Positions 29,132 through 38,942 of a DNA stretch of 64,000 nt are shown here, one piece after another. The stretch comes from Candidatus Moraniibacteriota bacterium. GTDB taxonomy: Bacteria > Patescibacteriota > Minisyncoccia > Moranbacterales > UBA1568. The DNA is taken from NCBI GenBank assembly GCA_963743885.1, contig CAVURJ010000002.1:109020-173019 (forward strand). Reading direction: 5' to 3'. Under the pieces are notes generated by a model that did no database searches, was not told the origin of the DNA, and saw only the letters and a list, made by a program, of their open reading frames with translations. The stretch's first letter is position 1, and each line of letters opens with the position of its first letter. Position numbers and translations under genes: made by a program.

Positions 29132-29155
29132 AGCCTGAACAAGGCTGTTTTTTTG
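29132..29155 (+). terminator. Rho-independent terminator after 5S (AGCCT-gaaca-AGGCT + TTTTTTT)
   Basis: Hairpin plus T7 run. Confidence 0.6.
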
Positions 29156-29357
29156 TGCCCGGATCCCGTATGTCCGAGTATGCCCGGTAGTAGAACTTCG
29201 ACCGGCATTAAAGATGGGCCTTGAAAAGAGATTGAAGCGGAATATTAATTGAAAATCGACTTCGGTATCCCCTCAAAGAGATCGTCGAAGTTTCACTGAC
29301 CTAGGTATGCTATAATTCCTAGTAGCAGAGTCAGAAGCTTCATAAATATGAGGTCTT

Positions 29358-30275
29358 TTGGTTTCTTGTCTCTTGCTTCCCTGCCTACCGGCAGACAGGT
29401 TATCTCTTATCTCCTCTGAGAATATGTATTCATCTTCCAGAAAAAAGCGGCAGATTGTCGTCGGCACGGTATTCATCGCTCTCGTGGCGCTGTTTTTTAC
29501 GGGATTTTACTATGCCTTCATCAAGGGTCCGGAGACATGCTTTGACAAGAAGCAGAATCAGGACGAGCAGGACATAGACTGCGGTGGCGTTTGCGCAGCT
29601 GTCTGTGTTGAGAAAATTGAGGCCCAGGATATCAGTATCATCGAGAAGGCGTTCGTGCCGGGTGGCAGCGGCCGTTATGATGCCTTGGTCCGCGTCTACA
29701 ATCCGAATGATATGGTGGGGGCGTCATCGTTCGTCTACACGATCGATCTCAAAGACGCATCGGGCAAGGTGCTCGCGACCCGGACCGGGAAGAGCTACAT
29801 TCTTCCGCAAGAACGAAAGTATATCATGGAAATGGGAATTATTTCGTCAGTTGCGCCAGTTTCGGTTTCAGTTTTGGTGAGCGATGTGCGTTGGGAAAGG
29901 TTTTCTGGATATCAAGAGCGCCCGCAAATCAATATTTATAACAAGCGGTATGGGCTTGCGAGCGACAGCATCAATTTCAGCAGAGCGTCTGGCCTGGTTT
30001 CTAATGAAAGCCCATTTGATTTTCAGTCGGTCATAGTGCGTGTTATTCTTCGTGACCGGGATGGGAGCGTGTTAGCCTTCAATTCAACGGAGCTTCGAAC
30101 CATGAAGTCGCACCAGGAGAGAGAGTTCATCCTTCCATGGCCGGAATCATTTCCAGGAACAGTAGAGAAGACGGAGATGGAAGTGGATGCGGATGTGTAT
30201 CATTCCGATAATTTCACCAAGCAGTATTTTTCTGGCGGAAGATATCAGGAGTTCGCTCCGCCTACTGCATACTAG
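29358..30275 (+). CDS. Hypothetical membrane-anchored protein
   Basis: Single N-terminal TM (IVVGTVFIALVALFFTGFYYAF) then a soluble domain. A likelier start is the internal Met (MYSSSRKK..., about 29423). Confidence 0.4.
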   Translation: MVSCLLLPCLPADRLSLISSENMYSSSRKKRQIVVGTVFIALVALFFTGFYYAFIKGPETCFDKKQNQDEQDIDCGGVCAAVCVEKIEAQDISIIEKAFVPGGSGRYDALVRVYNPNDMVGASSFVYTIDLKDASGKVLATRTGKSYILPQERKYIMEMGIISSVAPVSVSVLVSDVRWERFSGYQERPQINIYNKRYGLASDSINFSRASGLVSNESPFDFQSVIVRVILRDRDGSVLAFNSTELRTMKSHQEREFILPWPESFPGTVEKTEMEVDADVYHSDNFTKQYFSGGRYQEFAPPTAY

Positions 30276-30347
30276 GGATAGGTGTTAGGTTGTAGGGTAT
30301 AGGGTGTAGTCGGAAGGGTAATTATCCCTCCGTTTTCTAACCCCTAA

Positions 30348-30372
30348 CCCCTAACCCCTAACCCCCCCCCTA
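30348..30372. repeat. (TAACCCC)4 telomere-like C-rich repeat, 9 nt upstream of the ftsW/rodA start (G-rich on the minus strand)
   Basis: Direct read: ctaacccctaacccctaacccctaacccccccc. Confidence 0.8.
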
Positions 30373-30378
30373 GTCCTG

Positions 30379-31497
30379 ATGCTTCGTTCCGTCTTCAAGC
30401 TCGATTGGATCCTTCTTTTTTCCGCATCCATCATCCTCGGTGTCGGCCTTTTGGTGTTGTATAGTCTTTCTGTGGGGGCTGGTGCGGATTACTTCCTGAA
30501 ACAGCTCATCTTTTCCGTAGTAGGCATCGCGGCTATGGCGTTCGTAGCGACGCTCGATTATCGCCATATAGCCAAGCACAGTACGGCGCTGTATTTCGGT
30601 ACGATCCTTGTGCTCACGTTCGTGCTGCTCTTTGGTAAGACGGTCAATGGTACCGCGGGCTGGCTTTCGGTCGGTATCTTTCAGGTGCAGCCAGTCGAGA
30701 TTGCCAAGCTCACACTCATCATCTTCCTTGCGAGCTTCATCACAGAGAAGAAGTCAGAGCTCGGCGAATGGACGCGCGTCATCGCGTCGCTCGTGCTTTC
30801 CGCTGCGCTCATTCTCCTGGTGCTCAAGCAGCCGGATCTTGGGTCGAGCCTGGTGCTCGCTGCCATCTGGGCGGGGATGATTCTTGCGTCCGGTCTTAGG
30901 CTCCGGCATCTCATCGTGCTCGGCATGCTCGGGACGCTCCTGGCGGCTGGCGGGTGGTTTACGCTGGCTGATTATCAGAAGGATCGCATCGATACGTTCC
31001 TCCATCCGGAGCGAGACCCACGCGGTTCAGGCTACAATGTGCTCCAGGCTATGGTCGCTGTCGGGTCGGGTGGGCTGACTGGCAAGGGGATAGGGCATGG
31101 CTCGCAGTCGCAGCTCAACTTCCTGCCGGAAAAGCATACAGACTTCATCTTCGCTGTGGTCTCGGAAGAGCTCGGATTGATCGGCGCCTGGCTGGTCGTC
31201 GGGGCGTATGCTGTGTTGCTCTTTCGGGTCAAGCGGATTGGCGATACCGCGAGCGATAACTTCGGCTATCTAGTGGCGGTCGGGGCATCGGTCATGCTGT
31301 CCGCTCAGATTGCCGTGAATCTCGGCATGAACGTCGGCTTGGTACCGGTCACGGGACTGCCGGCGCCGCTCCTTTCGTACGGGGGCAGCTCACTCCTTTC
31401 GATATTTCTCGCTCTCGGACTGCTTTTGTCAGTTTATAGGCGGAAAAAGGGCACGGAAGATATGCGGATTTCGCTTACCAGGAGTTCGCTTGAATAG
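30379..31497 (+). CDS. SEDS-family peptidoglycan glycosyltransferase (FtsW/RodA/SpoVE)
   Basis: 10 TM helices; 'VGSGGLTGKGIGHGSQSQLNFLPEKHTDFIFAVVSEELGLIGA' and 'GLPAPLLSYGGSSLLS' are SEDS signatures. Confidence 0.85.
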   Translation: MLRSVFKLDWILLFSASIILGVGLLVLYSLSVGAGADYFLKQLIFSVVGIAAMAFVATLDYRHIAKHSTALYFGTILVLTFVLLFGKTVNGTAGWLSVGIFQVQPVEIAKLTLIIFLASFITEKKSELGEWTRVIASLVLSAALILLVLKQPDLGSSLVLAAIWAGMILASGLRLRHLIVLGMLGTLLAAGGWFTLADYQKDRIDTFLHPERDPRGSGYNVLQAMVAVGSGGLTGKGIGHGSQSQLNFLPEKHTDFIFAVVSEELGLIGAWLVVGAYAVLLFRVKRIGDTASDNFGYLVAVGASVMLSAQIAVNLGMNVGLVPVTGLPAPLLSYGGSSLLSIFLALGLLLSVYRRKKGTEDMRISLTRSSLE

Positions 31498-31589
31498 CAA
31501 TGAGAATCATGTCGTAATATATGTTTTTCGTTGACGGTAGAGTGTTTCCTTGCTAGACTATAAGGGCTTCAAAAAGCCTTTTCCTTTTT

Positions 31590-31832
31590 TTGAATCCAGA
31601 AATTATGCGCTCATTGCTTATCGCTCAGGCGGTCGTCGCCGTGCTGCTCATGGTCTCCATACTGCTCCAGAATCGTGGGTCCGGTTTGGGGAGCGCCTTC
31701 GGATCGGATTTCGGCGGCTATTACACCAAGCGAGGACTCGAGAAGTTCTTTCTCTACGCGACTATCGTGCTCGCAGTCGTTTTTATTGGTCTCGCGATAG
31801 CCAATGTCCGTCTGACCGCTCTCGGCGCCTAG
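31590..31832 (+). CDS. secG: Preprotein translocase subunit SecG
   Basis: 80 aa, two TM helices, 'LLQNRGSGLGSAFGS' is the SecG signature. Confidence 0.65.
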   Translation: MNPEIMRSLLIAQAVVAVLLMVSILLQNRGSGLGSAFGSDFGGYYTKRGLEKFFLYATIVLAVVFIGLAIANVRLTALGA

Positions 31833-31903
31833 CCAGGCACGCGCGTGATAATTCCTAAAGTACGTCTATTACTACCAAGATTACCGATATCCTGAAGGGC
31901 GGT

Positions 31904-33568
31904 ATGCTCTGGAGAGTTTTCTTTGCGCTTCGTCTGCGCGACCGGATTCTCGTCTCTTTCTTCCTCGTTGCCGGACTCTCGGCGCTTCTTTTCTGGTTCG
32001 GAGCGATCTATGTGGCATCGACGAAGGTGATTCCAGAGGTGGGCGGGGAGTATATCGAGGGTGTCGCCGCGCAGCCGCGCTACATCAATCCGATTATCTC
32101 GCAGACCAGTTCGGCTGATGCTGATATCGTCGAGCTCGTGTATAGTGGCCTCTTCAGCTGCAGTCCGTCCGGACCGGTTGAAAAGCGCTTGGCTGCTGAT
32201 TATAGCCTTTCGGAAGACGGCAAGATCTATACCGTCCACCTCGTGCAAGGGGCCAAGTGGCACGATGGCGAAGAGGTGACGGCCGAGGACGTGCTTTTCA
32301 CTGTGCGCGCTATCCAAGATCCGGCTTACAAGAGTCCGCTCCGTCCTAACTGGCTTTCGGTGGAGGCATCTGCTCCGGACCGCTACACGGTCATCTTCGA
32401 GCTCAAGAAGCCGTACGCTGGATTCCTCCAGAATCTGACGGTTGGTATCTTGCCGAAGCATATCTGGGAGACGATTGCTCCGGAGAATTTCTTCTTGGCT
32501 GATTACAATCTCGCTCCAGTCGGCTCCGGCCCGTACCGGTTCTTCGATTCCGAGAAGGATTCGAACGGCAATATCCTTTCGTATGAGCTCCGCTCCTTCG
32601 AGCAGTATTTCGCCGGCGCTCCGTATATCACTTCTTTTATCCTCCATTTCTATCCTGATGAGGAGTCGCTCATCGACGCGTACAGCCGCAAGGAAGTGAT
32701 GGGCATGAGTATGGTTTCCCCGAACGCTCTGACGCGTCTCGAGGAACGCAAGAGTACGCATGTCTATGAGGCCTCCGTGCCGCGTCTCTTCTCAGTGTTT
32801 CTCAATCCGGTCAAGAGTGTGCCGCTCGCGAACCGCGAGGTGCGCGAGGCGCTGTCGCTCGCGACTGATCGGCAGGCGATCATCGACGAGGTTCTTGCTG
32901 GCAAGGGACAGGCGGCTATCTCTCCGATCCTGCCGTTCATGACGGGCTATGCCGAGGGTATCGGGCAGCCGAGTCTCGATATCGCCCGCGCGGAGGCACT
33001 CCTTGATGAGAAAGGGTGGAAGAAGGGCGATGATGGAGTGCGTGCGAAAGACGGTGTCCGGATCGAATTCCAGTTGACCGTGCCGGATTGGCCCGATCTT
33101 GTGAAGACAGTGGACATGCTCAAGTCCCAGTGGGAGCGCATCGGTGCCCAGGTGACGGTCGCGCCGCAGAGTGTTGCGGATCTCCAGCAGAATTCCATTC
33201 GCCCGCGCGAGTACCAGGCGCTTCTCTTCGGCCAGGTATCGCTTCTCGATTCTGACCCGTATTCCTTCTGGCATTCGAGCCAGAAGCAGGATGGCCTCAA
33301 TCTCGCCATGTTTGATGACAAGGATGCCGACGATATCCTGGCGGCGCTCCGCGAGGAGGCTGATCCTTCGAAGCGGCTCGAGAAGTACCGCGCTTTCCAG
33401 GAGATTATCGCTCGGGAAAACCCGGCCATCTTCCTCTATAGCCCGGCGTATCTTTATGTCGTGAGCAACGCGGTCAAAGGGATCGATGTTCATGCGCTCG
33501 ATGGTCCGGACTGCCGTCTCGGCGGCGTGAAAAACTGGTATATCGATACCGAGCGGGTGCGGAAATAG
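31904..33568 (+). CDS. ABC transporter substrate-binding protein, family 5 (OppA/DppA/NikA-like), membrane-anchored
   Basis: N-terminal TM, then an SBP_bac_5-like region (GKIYTVHLVQGAKWHDGEEVTAEDVLFT..., PRLF..NP). 554 aa. Confidence 0.65.
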   Translation: MLWRVFFALRLRDRILVSFFLVAGLSALLFWFGAIYVASTKVIPEVGGEYIEGVAAQPRYINPIISQTSSADADIVELVYSGLFSCSPSGPVEKRLAADYSLSEDGKIYTVHLVQGAKWHDGEEVTAEDVLFTVRAIQDPAYKSPLRPNWLSVEASAPDRYTVIFELKKPYAGFLQNLTVGILPKHIWETIAPENFFLADYNLAPVGSGPYRFFDSEKDSNGNILSYELRSFEQYFAGAPYITSFILHFYPDEESLIDAYSRKEVMGMSMVSPNALTRLEERKSTHVYEASVPRLFSVFLNPVKSVPLANREVREALSLATDRQAIIDEVLAGKGQAAISPILPFMTGYAEGIGQPSLDIARAEALLDEKGWKKGDDGVRAKDGVRIEFQLTVPDWPDLVKTVDMLKSQWERIGAQVTVAPQSVADLQQNSIRPREYQALLFGQVSLLDSDPYSFWHSSQKQDGLNLAMFDDKDADDILAALREEADPSKRLEKYRAFQEIIARENPAIFLYSPAYLYVVSNAVKGIDVHALDGPDCRLGGVKNWYIDTERVRK

Positions 33569-33666
33569 TATTTTGTATCTGGTATTATGTATTGTGTATG
33601 AATGCATAATACGCAATACTTGAGATGCGTTGACTTATTTTTGATAGTCTAATAAGAAATATCAAA

Positions 33667-34698
33667 GTGCGAAATATGGATAATTCTCTTGATAAATCAA
33701 ACTTTCGTCAGATGATCATTAGTGCGCCGGATCAGTTCGCAGAAGGTATGCGATTGGCAGACGGAATTCGTGTTGAAGGGGATTTCGACAAGATTATGAT
33801 CTCCGGCATGGGTGGATCGGCGCTGCCGGGCAATCTGTTCCGCATCTATCTCAATGATCTTTTTAAGAGAGGGGAGAAGAAGCCGCTTGGTGTCTTCCAG
33901 AACCGTTTCTATGGCCTGCCACCGGAAGCGCATGACCGCTGCCTCAATTTCATCTGCTCATATTCTGGGAATACGGAAGAGACGATCGCCTCGTTTGAAG
34001 AAGCGCTTGCAGCTGGATTGCCGTGCATCGGACTTTCAGCTGGCGGTAAGGTAGAATCCATGTGCCAGGAGCATGGCGTGCCGCATATCAAGTTGCCGCT
34101 CCCGACGCCGGAGTTCCAGCCGCGCGCCGGTACGGGCTATTTTTTCGGTGCTCTGTTTCAGGTGCTTATCAATCAGCAATTGGTACCGGACGCATCGGAT
34201 GAGCTTCGGTCGCTGGCCGAGAAGCTCAAGCAGTCATTCCCCGCTATCGAGGAACAAGGGAAGGCGCTCGCGAAGAAACTCGTCGGCAGGACCCCGGTCA
34301 TCTACGCGTCGACCAAGTACAAGTCGGTTGCCATGGTTTGGAAGATCAAGCTCAACGAAAATGCTAAGACGCCAGCGTTCTGGAATTTCTTCCCGGAGCT
34401 CAACCATAACGAGATGGTTGGCTGGACGCTTCCGCAGGGGAAATTTGCAGTCATCATGCTCCGCGATCCGGAAGATCATCCGAGGAATCAGAAGCGTTTC
34501 GAAATCACGGCCAGTCTGCTCCGCGAGAAGGGTGTAGAGGTCGAGCTAATCGATATGGCTGGCGGAGACGTCTTTTCGAAGATTTTCATGTCAATCGCAC
34601 TTGGTGATTTCGCTTCGTATCATCTCGCGCTCGAATATGGGCAGGATCCGACGCCGGTTGATATGGTAGAGGAACTTAAGAGGCTTCTTGTTGCGTAG
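33667..34698 (+). CDS. SIS-domain bifunctional phosphoglucose/phosphomannose isomerase-like protein
   Basis: 'ISGMGGSALPG' and 'ICSYSGNTEETIASFEEA' are SIS-domain motifs; the size matches PGI/PMI-family enzymes. It lies upstream of the GDP-mannose pyrophosphorylase. Confidence 0.6.
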   Translation: MRNMDNSLDKSNFRQMIISAPDQFAEGMRLADGIRVEGDFDKIMISGMGGSALPGNLFRIYLNDLFKRGEKKPLGVFQNRFYGLPPEAHDRCLNFICSYSGNTEETIASFEEALAAGLPCIGLSAGGKVESMCQEHGVPHIKLPLPTPEFQPRAGTGYFFGALFQVLINQQLVPDASDELRSLAEKLKQSFPAIEEQGKALAKKLVGRTPVIYASTKYKSVAMVWKIKLNENAKTPAFWNFFPELNHNEMVGWTLPQGKFAVIMLRDPEDHPRNQKRFEITASLLREKGVEVELIDMAGGDVFSKIFMSIALGDFASYHLALEYGQDPTPVDMVEELKRLLVA

Positions 34699-34838
34699 TC
34701 GGGTATGCCCGGTGGCACAACTTCAGCCGAGCATTCCGGATGGTTTCAGAAGAGGAAGAGGAAAGTAGGATAAATAATATTAAACTTAGCATTTAGCAAC
34801 ATTTCTTTAGAAGAATTGCTGAAGTTGTTCTACCGGGT

Positions 34839-35912
34839 ATGTACAGTGTCATCCTCTGCGGCGGCTCCGGGACGCGGCTGTGGCCGCTCTCGCGTCGCAA
34901 TTTTCCGAAGCAATTCCTCCGTCTCTATAGTGAGCACTCGCTTCTTCAGGAGACATATCTCCGCATGCGCAAGCTCATGCCGATGGAGCGAATCCTTTTC
35001 GTGACGAACAAGGAGGGATATCCGAATGTGCTTGAGCAAATCAAATCCGTCGATGAGGCATTCGATGCGCGCCAGGTAATCATCGAACCGAAGAGTCTCA
35101 ATACAGCGCCAGCGATGGCATGCGCGGTCGAATATCTCGTTTCGGAAATGGGGGCTAGCCAGGATGAAAAAGTTTTATTCCTCCCGTCTGATCATTATAT
35201 CGGGAATGTCGAAGGATATCTCGCGCTTCTTAAGCGTGCTTTTGAGAGCGTTGGAGACCGGGTCGGAACGATTGGTATCCAAGCGGTGAAGCCGGAGACT
35301 GGCTATGGCTATATCAAGAAGGGTGAGGCCGAGGAGGCGTACTATGCGGCTGCGCAGTTCTGCGAGAAGCCGGACCGGGAGACCGCGGAGCGTTATATTG
35401 CTTCTGGGGAATATGTTTGGAATTCCGGCATGTACCTCCTGTCTATCGGGACATTTTTCGCTGAAATGTCGGCATATGCGTCGGAGATTGCTTCGCGGAT
35501 GCAGGGCGGCTGGGAGAAGTTTGTCGAGCATTTTGATAGTTTGCCATCGATATCATTCGATTATGCTGTGTCTGAAAAGTCAGATCGGGTCGTTATCTAT
35601 GAGGGCGATTTCGGATGGAGCGATATCGGTTCTTTTGATAGTCTGGCTGAGATAGCCGGAGGTGGCCCGCTTGCGACGGCGCGCCATATCGGTATCGATT
35701 CGAAGAATGTCTTCGCTCATAGTGCGAGCGACCGGCTGATCGCGACCATTGGCGTCGATGATATAGCGGTCATAGAGACGGCTGATAGCATCCTCGTCTG
35801 CCGCAGAGGGAGGGCTGAGGAGGTGAAAAAGATCGTGGAAAAGCTCAAGGAAAGCGGGGCCAAGGAAGTGGAGTATGATTTCGGTGATGGGAAGGAAAAT
35901 GCGGCTTTATAG
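34839..35912 (+). CDS. Mannose-1-phosphate guanylyltransferase (GDP-mannose pyrophosphorylase)
   Basis: The N-terminal 'VILCGGSGTRLWPLSRRNFPKQFL' is the canonical nucleotidyltransferase motif of ManC-type enzymes. Confidence 0.85.
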   Translation: MYSVILCGGSGTRLWPLSRRNFPKQFLRLYSEHSLLQETYLRMRKLMPMERILFVTNKEGYPNVLEQIKSVDEAFDARQVIIEPKSLNTAPAMACAVEYLVSEMGASQDEKVLFLPSDHYIGNVEGYLALLKRAFESVGDRVGTIGIQAVKPETGYGYIKKGEAEEAYYAAAQFCEKPDRETAERYIASGEYVWNSGMYLLSIGTFFAEMSAYASEIASRMQGGWEKFVEHFDSLPSISFDYAVSEKSDRVVIYEGDFGWSDIGSFDSLAEIAGGGPLATARHIGIDSKNVFAHSASDRLIATIGVDDIAVIETADSILVCRRGRAEEVKKIVEKLKESGAKEVEYDFGDGKENAAL

Positions 35913-36175
35913 AGCCAATACTCACTATCGCACTTGAAATATTTAGAAAGGTGTGCTAGACTATAAAGGTTGTAGGATCTTCTAGGAATACTCAAGGCTT
36001 TTTTAAGCCATTCTTGTCTTCGTTAAGAGATATTTTCTCCTTCTGCCTTTCGGCAGGAGTAGGCTCTTTTTAGATAATACAATAGAGGCCCTGGTGGCGC
36101 CCTCCAAAGGCGGGCAGGGAATTCCTGTTCATCGGGTCAGTCGGATAAAGTAAGCGTTCTTTTGGGAAAAAATAG

Positions 36176-36259
36176 GCCCTGGTGGCGGAATTGGTAGACG
36201 CACTAGCTTCAGGTGCTAGCGTTCGCAAGGACATGGGAGTTCGAGTCTCCCCTAGGGCA
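36176..36259 (+). tRNA. tRNA-Leu (anticodon CAG), long variable arm
   Basis: Cloverleaf reading: acceptor GCCCTGG, anticodon loop TTCAGGT, long extra arm, T-arm GGGAG-TTCGAGT-CTCCC. Confidence 0.8.
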
Positions 36260-36468
36260 CAACGTTCAGACCGGATTTTCGGTCCTTCTCATGGATGATT
36301 CCGCGAAGTGATTCGTTGGGGTATCTGTGGAGTGAAAGAAGATTTTTGATTGTAGATTCTTGATTCTGGAATAAATCCGGATTTCCGAATTATTGATCAT
36401 AATTTTCGAATCTTCTTCATAAACGTGTAAATCATTTTACTTGTGGGTGCTCAAGCTTTTTTGAAAGC

Positions 36469-38652
36469 GTGAGTGAGCCCGAAATTAAGCGCAGTATGCA
36501 GCAGAATAATTATTCGTCGCGAGACAGCCGCGGGGTTCGTCCTTCGCGCACTCCGTCCGGACAGGGCGGTAGGAATCAGGCAGCCCATAGCGGGAGCCCG
36601 CTTCCAAAAGTAGGAGAGAATACACCAATAGGAGCGTTCGAGGGCATCATCGCCCGCGAGCAGGCTTCTCGTGTGTATCCAAAGGTCGTGGGCCAGTCCC
36701 AGCCGGTCGGACGCAAACCAGCGGGCTCTCCGTCGGAGCAGCAGCCAGCCGGACAGAAACGCGGCGGCCGCAATCGCAGCCGTAAGCCGGGCCAGGGCGG
36801 TTACGATCAGGTCAAGCCTGACCAGCAAAAGCCGGTCGGGCAGAAGTCAGTCGGACAGAAACCGGCAGGGCAGAAGCGGGGCGGCGGACGCCGTGACCGC
36901 GGACGTGGTTTTCAGGCCGATCCTCCTTTCATGAAGAATCGTGAGGGTGGCAATGTGCCTCCGATCGAAGCCGGGAAGCTCCGGATTATTCCTCTTGGCG
37001 GCCAGGAAGAAGTCGGTCGCAATATGACCGTTTTCGAATACGGCCAGGACATTGTCATCATCGACATGGGCGTGCAGTTCCCGGAGGAAGACATGCCGGG
37101 CATCGACTACATCATCCCGAATGTTGACTATCTCAAGGGCAAGGAGAAAAATATCCGCGCCGTACTCTTCACGCATGGTCATCTCGACCATATCGGCGCC
37201 GCACCGATACTCCTGAAGCAGCTCAACTATCCGACCATCGTCGGCCGCGACTTCACGCTCGCTTTGGTGCAGCGGAAAGTCGAGGACCAGGACAAGGGCG
37301 CGAGCAAGGGCCTCAAGATGATCCGTGTGAAGTCGCTCGAGGATTGTATGCGTTTCGGCGCTTTTGAAGTCCGCTTCTTCGAGGTGGAGCACTCCATCAT
37401 GGACGCTATGGGCATCGCGCTCGTGACACCGAATGGTTCTATCATTCATCTCGGCGATTGGACTATCACCAACGAGCCGGTCAATCCGGAGTCGAGTGAT
37501 ATCACGTACGGTCATCTCGGTGATCTGCCGAAGCCGACCATCCTCATGCTTGAGAGCCTCGGGGCGACCAAGAAGGGGATGCCACCGTCGGAGACCGAGG
37601 TACATACCAATCTTCAGAACCTCATCCGCACCGCGCCGGGCCGCATCATCATCGGGACGTTCGCGTCTCAGGTGCGCCGCATCACGTATCTTATCGAGTA
37701 CGCGGAGCGTCTCGGCAAGCGTGTGGCACTCGAGGGCTACAGCATGAAGATGAACGTCGAAGTCGCCAAAGAGCTCGGCTATATCAAGGTCAAGAAGGAT
37801 ACACTCATCACGGTGAACGACATCCACAAGTATCCAGACAACCAGGTTGTCATCATTTGTACTGGGGCTCAGGGCGAGTCCAACGCGGCGCTCACGCGCA
37901 TCGTGACGGACAACCACCGCTTTATCAAGCTGCAGAAGAACGACACGATCGTCTTCTCGAGCTCGGTGATTCCAGGCAACGAACGCTCTATCCAGCGGCT
38001 CAAGGACAACCTCTATCGCAAGTGCGATAACGTCATCCATAGCGACATCATGGAGATCCATATCGGCGGACACGGCACTATCTGGGAGATGGAAGAAATC
38101 ATCCGCCAGGTGAAGCCGACCTATGTCATGCCGGTCTATGCTAACCACTACTTCCTCGTCGAAGCGGGCAAGATCGCCGAGCGACTCGGGTATCCTCCGA
38201 AAAACGTCTTCGTGCTCGACAACGGCCATATTCTTGAAGTGCCGGAGAAGGACGGCGGTATGCCGGCTATCCGCAAGGAGAAGGCAGACTCGAACTATAT
38301 CTTCGTGGACGGTCTCGGCATCGGCGATATCGGGCACGTGGTGCTCCGCGACCGCCAGATGCTCGCGCAGGATGGCATGGTCGTCATCACAGTCATCGTG
38401 AACGGCAAGACCAAGAACGTCGTCGGCAACATCCAGATCACGTCGCGTGGCTTCATCCATGTCAAGGAGAACTTCGACCTAGTGAATGAAACCAAGCGTA
38501 AGGTGCAGAAGGTCGTGAAGGACAATACGTCCAAGGACATGTCCCTTGACTGGGATACGGTACGCAATGAGATCCGCGATGTCGTGGGGCAGTACCTCTT
38601 CCAGAAGACTGAACGCCGGCCGATGATCCTTCCGGTGGTTATAGAAGTCTAA
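36469..38652 (+). CDS. rnj: Ribonuclease J (beta-CASP metallo-beta-lactamase RNase) with about 170-aa low-complexity basic N-terminal extension
   Basis: 'KLRIIPLGGQEEVGRNMTVFEY' is the RNase J start and 'LFTHGHLDHIGAAP' the HxHxDH motif. The beta-CASP and C-terminal domains are present. The N-terminus is rich in PAGQK/R repeats. Confidence 0.85.
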   Translation: MSEPEIKRSMQQNNYSSRDSRGVRPSRTPSGQGGRNQAAHSGSPLPKVGENTPIGAFEGIIAREQASRVYPKVVGQSQPVGRKPAGSPSEQQPAGQKRGGRNRSRKPGQGGYDQVKPDQQKPVGQKSVGQKPAGQKRGGGRRDRGRGFQADPPFMKNREGGNVPPIEAGKLRIIPLGGQEEVGRNMTVFEYGQDIVIIDMGVQFPEEDMPGIDYIIPNVDYLKGKEKNIRAVLFTHGHLDHIGAAPILLKQLNYPTIVGRDFTLALVQRKVEDQDKGASKGLKMIRVKSLEDCMRFGAFEVRFFEVEHSIMDAMGIALVTPNGSIIHLGDWTITNEPVNPESSDITYGHLGDLPKPTILMLESLGATKKGMPPSETEVHTNLQNLIRTAPGRIIIGTFASQVRRITYLIEYAERLGKRVALEGYSMKMNVEVAKELGYIKVKKDTLITVNDIHKYPDNQVVIICTGAQGESNAALTRIVTDNHRFIKLQKNDTIVFSSSVIPGNERSIQRLKDNLYRKCDNVIHSDIMEIHIGGHGTIWEMEEIIRQVKPTYVMPVYANHYFLVEAGKIAERLGYPPKNVFVLDNGHILEVPEKDGGMPAIRKEKADSNYIFVDGLGIGDIGHVVLRDRQMLAQDGMVVITVIVNGKTKNVVGNIQITSRGFIHVKENFDLVNETKRKVQKVVKDNTSKDMSLDWDTVRNEIRDVVGQYLFQKTERRPMILPVVIEV

Positions 38653-38783
38653 GGAAGGTTCAGTTGCCCGGTTTTCGGGTTAACGCGTTCACGCGTTGAG
38701 AAAACTCCCCATCCGCCAGTTGGTGGATGGGAGTTTTTTTGTTTTAAATGTGTTTTATATAAGCCATAAATTACATTCTGGCA

Positions 38784-38812
38784 TTGACAGGATCTGTAAA
38801 AAAGAGTATAAT
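38784..38812 (+). promoter_or_regulatory. Consensus sigma-70 promoter TTGACA-17-TATAAT
   Basis: Perfect hexamers with a 17-nt spacer, read directly. Followed by a structured about 120-nt leader before ORF 38943. Confidence 0.6.
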
Positions 38813-38942
38813 GTATTGTTATTTAAAAATATGACCAGGAAGGAATTTTCTGCACCTCGGTATCTAATATAGGGAGGCAGAAACATTCCTTCTCGGTCTG
38901 AAATCCGAGTTTTCCCACGCATCCTTTCGAAGGAGAAACGTC

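Noticed and set aside
30348-30372. (TAACCCC)4 and (GCTGGT)7 tandem repeats considered as CRISPR arrays.
   Set aside because: The units are 6-7 nt with no spacers. No CRISPR repeat-spacer structure or cas genes are present anywhere in the window.
36847-38460. 537-aa minus-strand ORF antisense to RNase J. Similar long antisense ORFs: 44960-45754 and 45027-45800 opposite ychF, 50615-51499 opposite pilB, 31829-32761 and 32792-33616 opposite the SBP gene, 988-1509 opposite the Cys-rich gene.
   Set aside because: In a high-GC genome the antisense strand of real genes often stays open. These lack recognisable motifs, overlap strongly supported genes and have Arg/Asp-rich junk composition.
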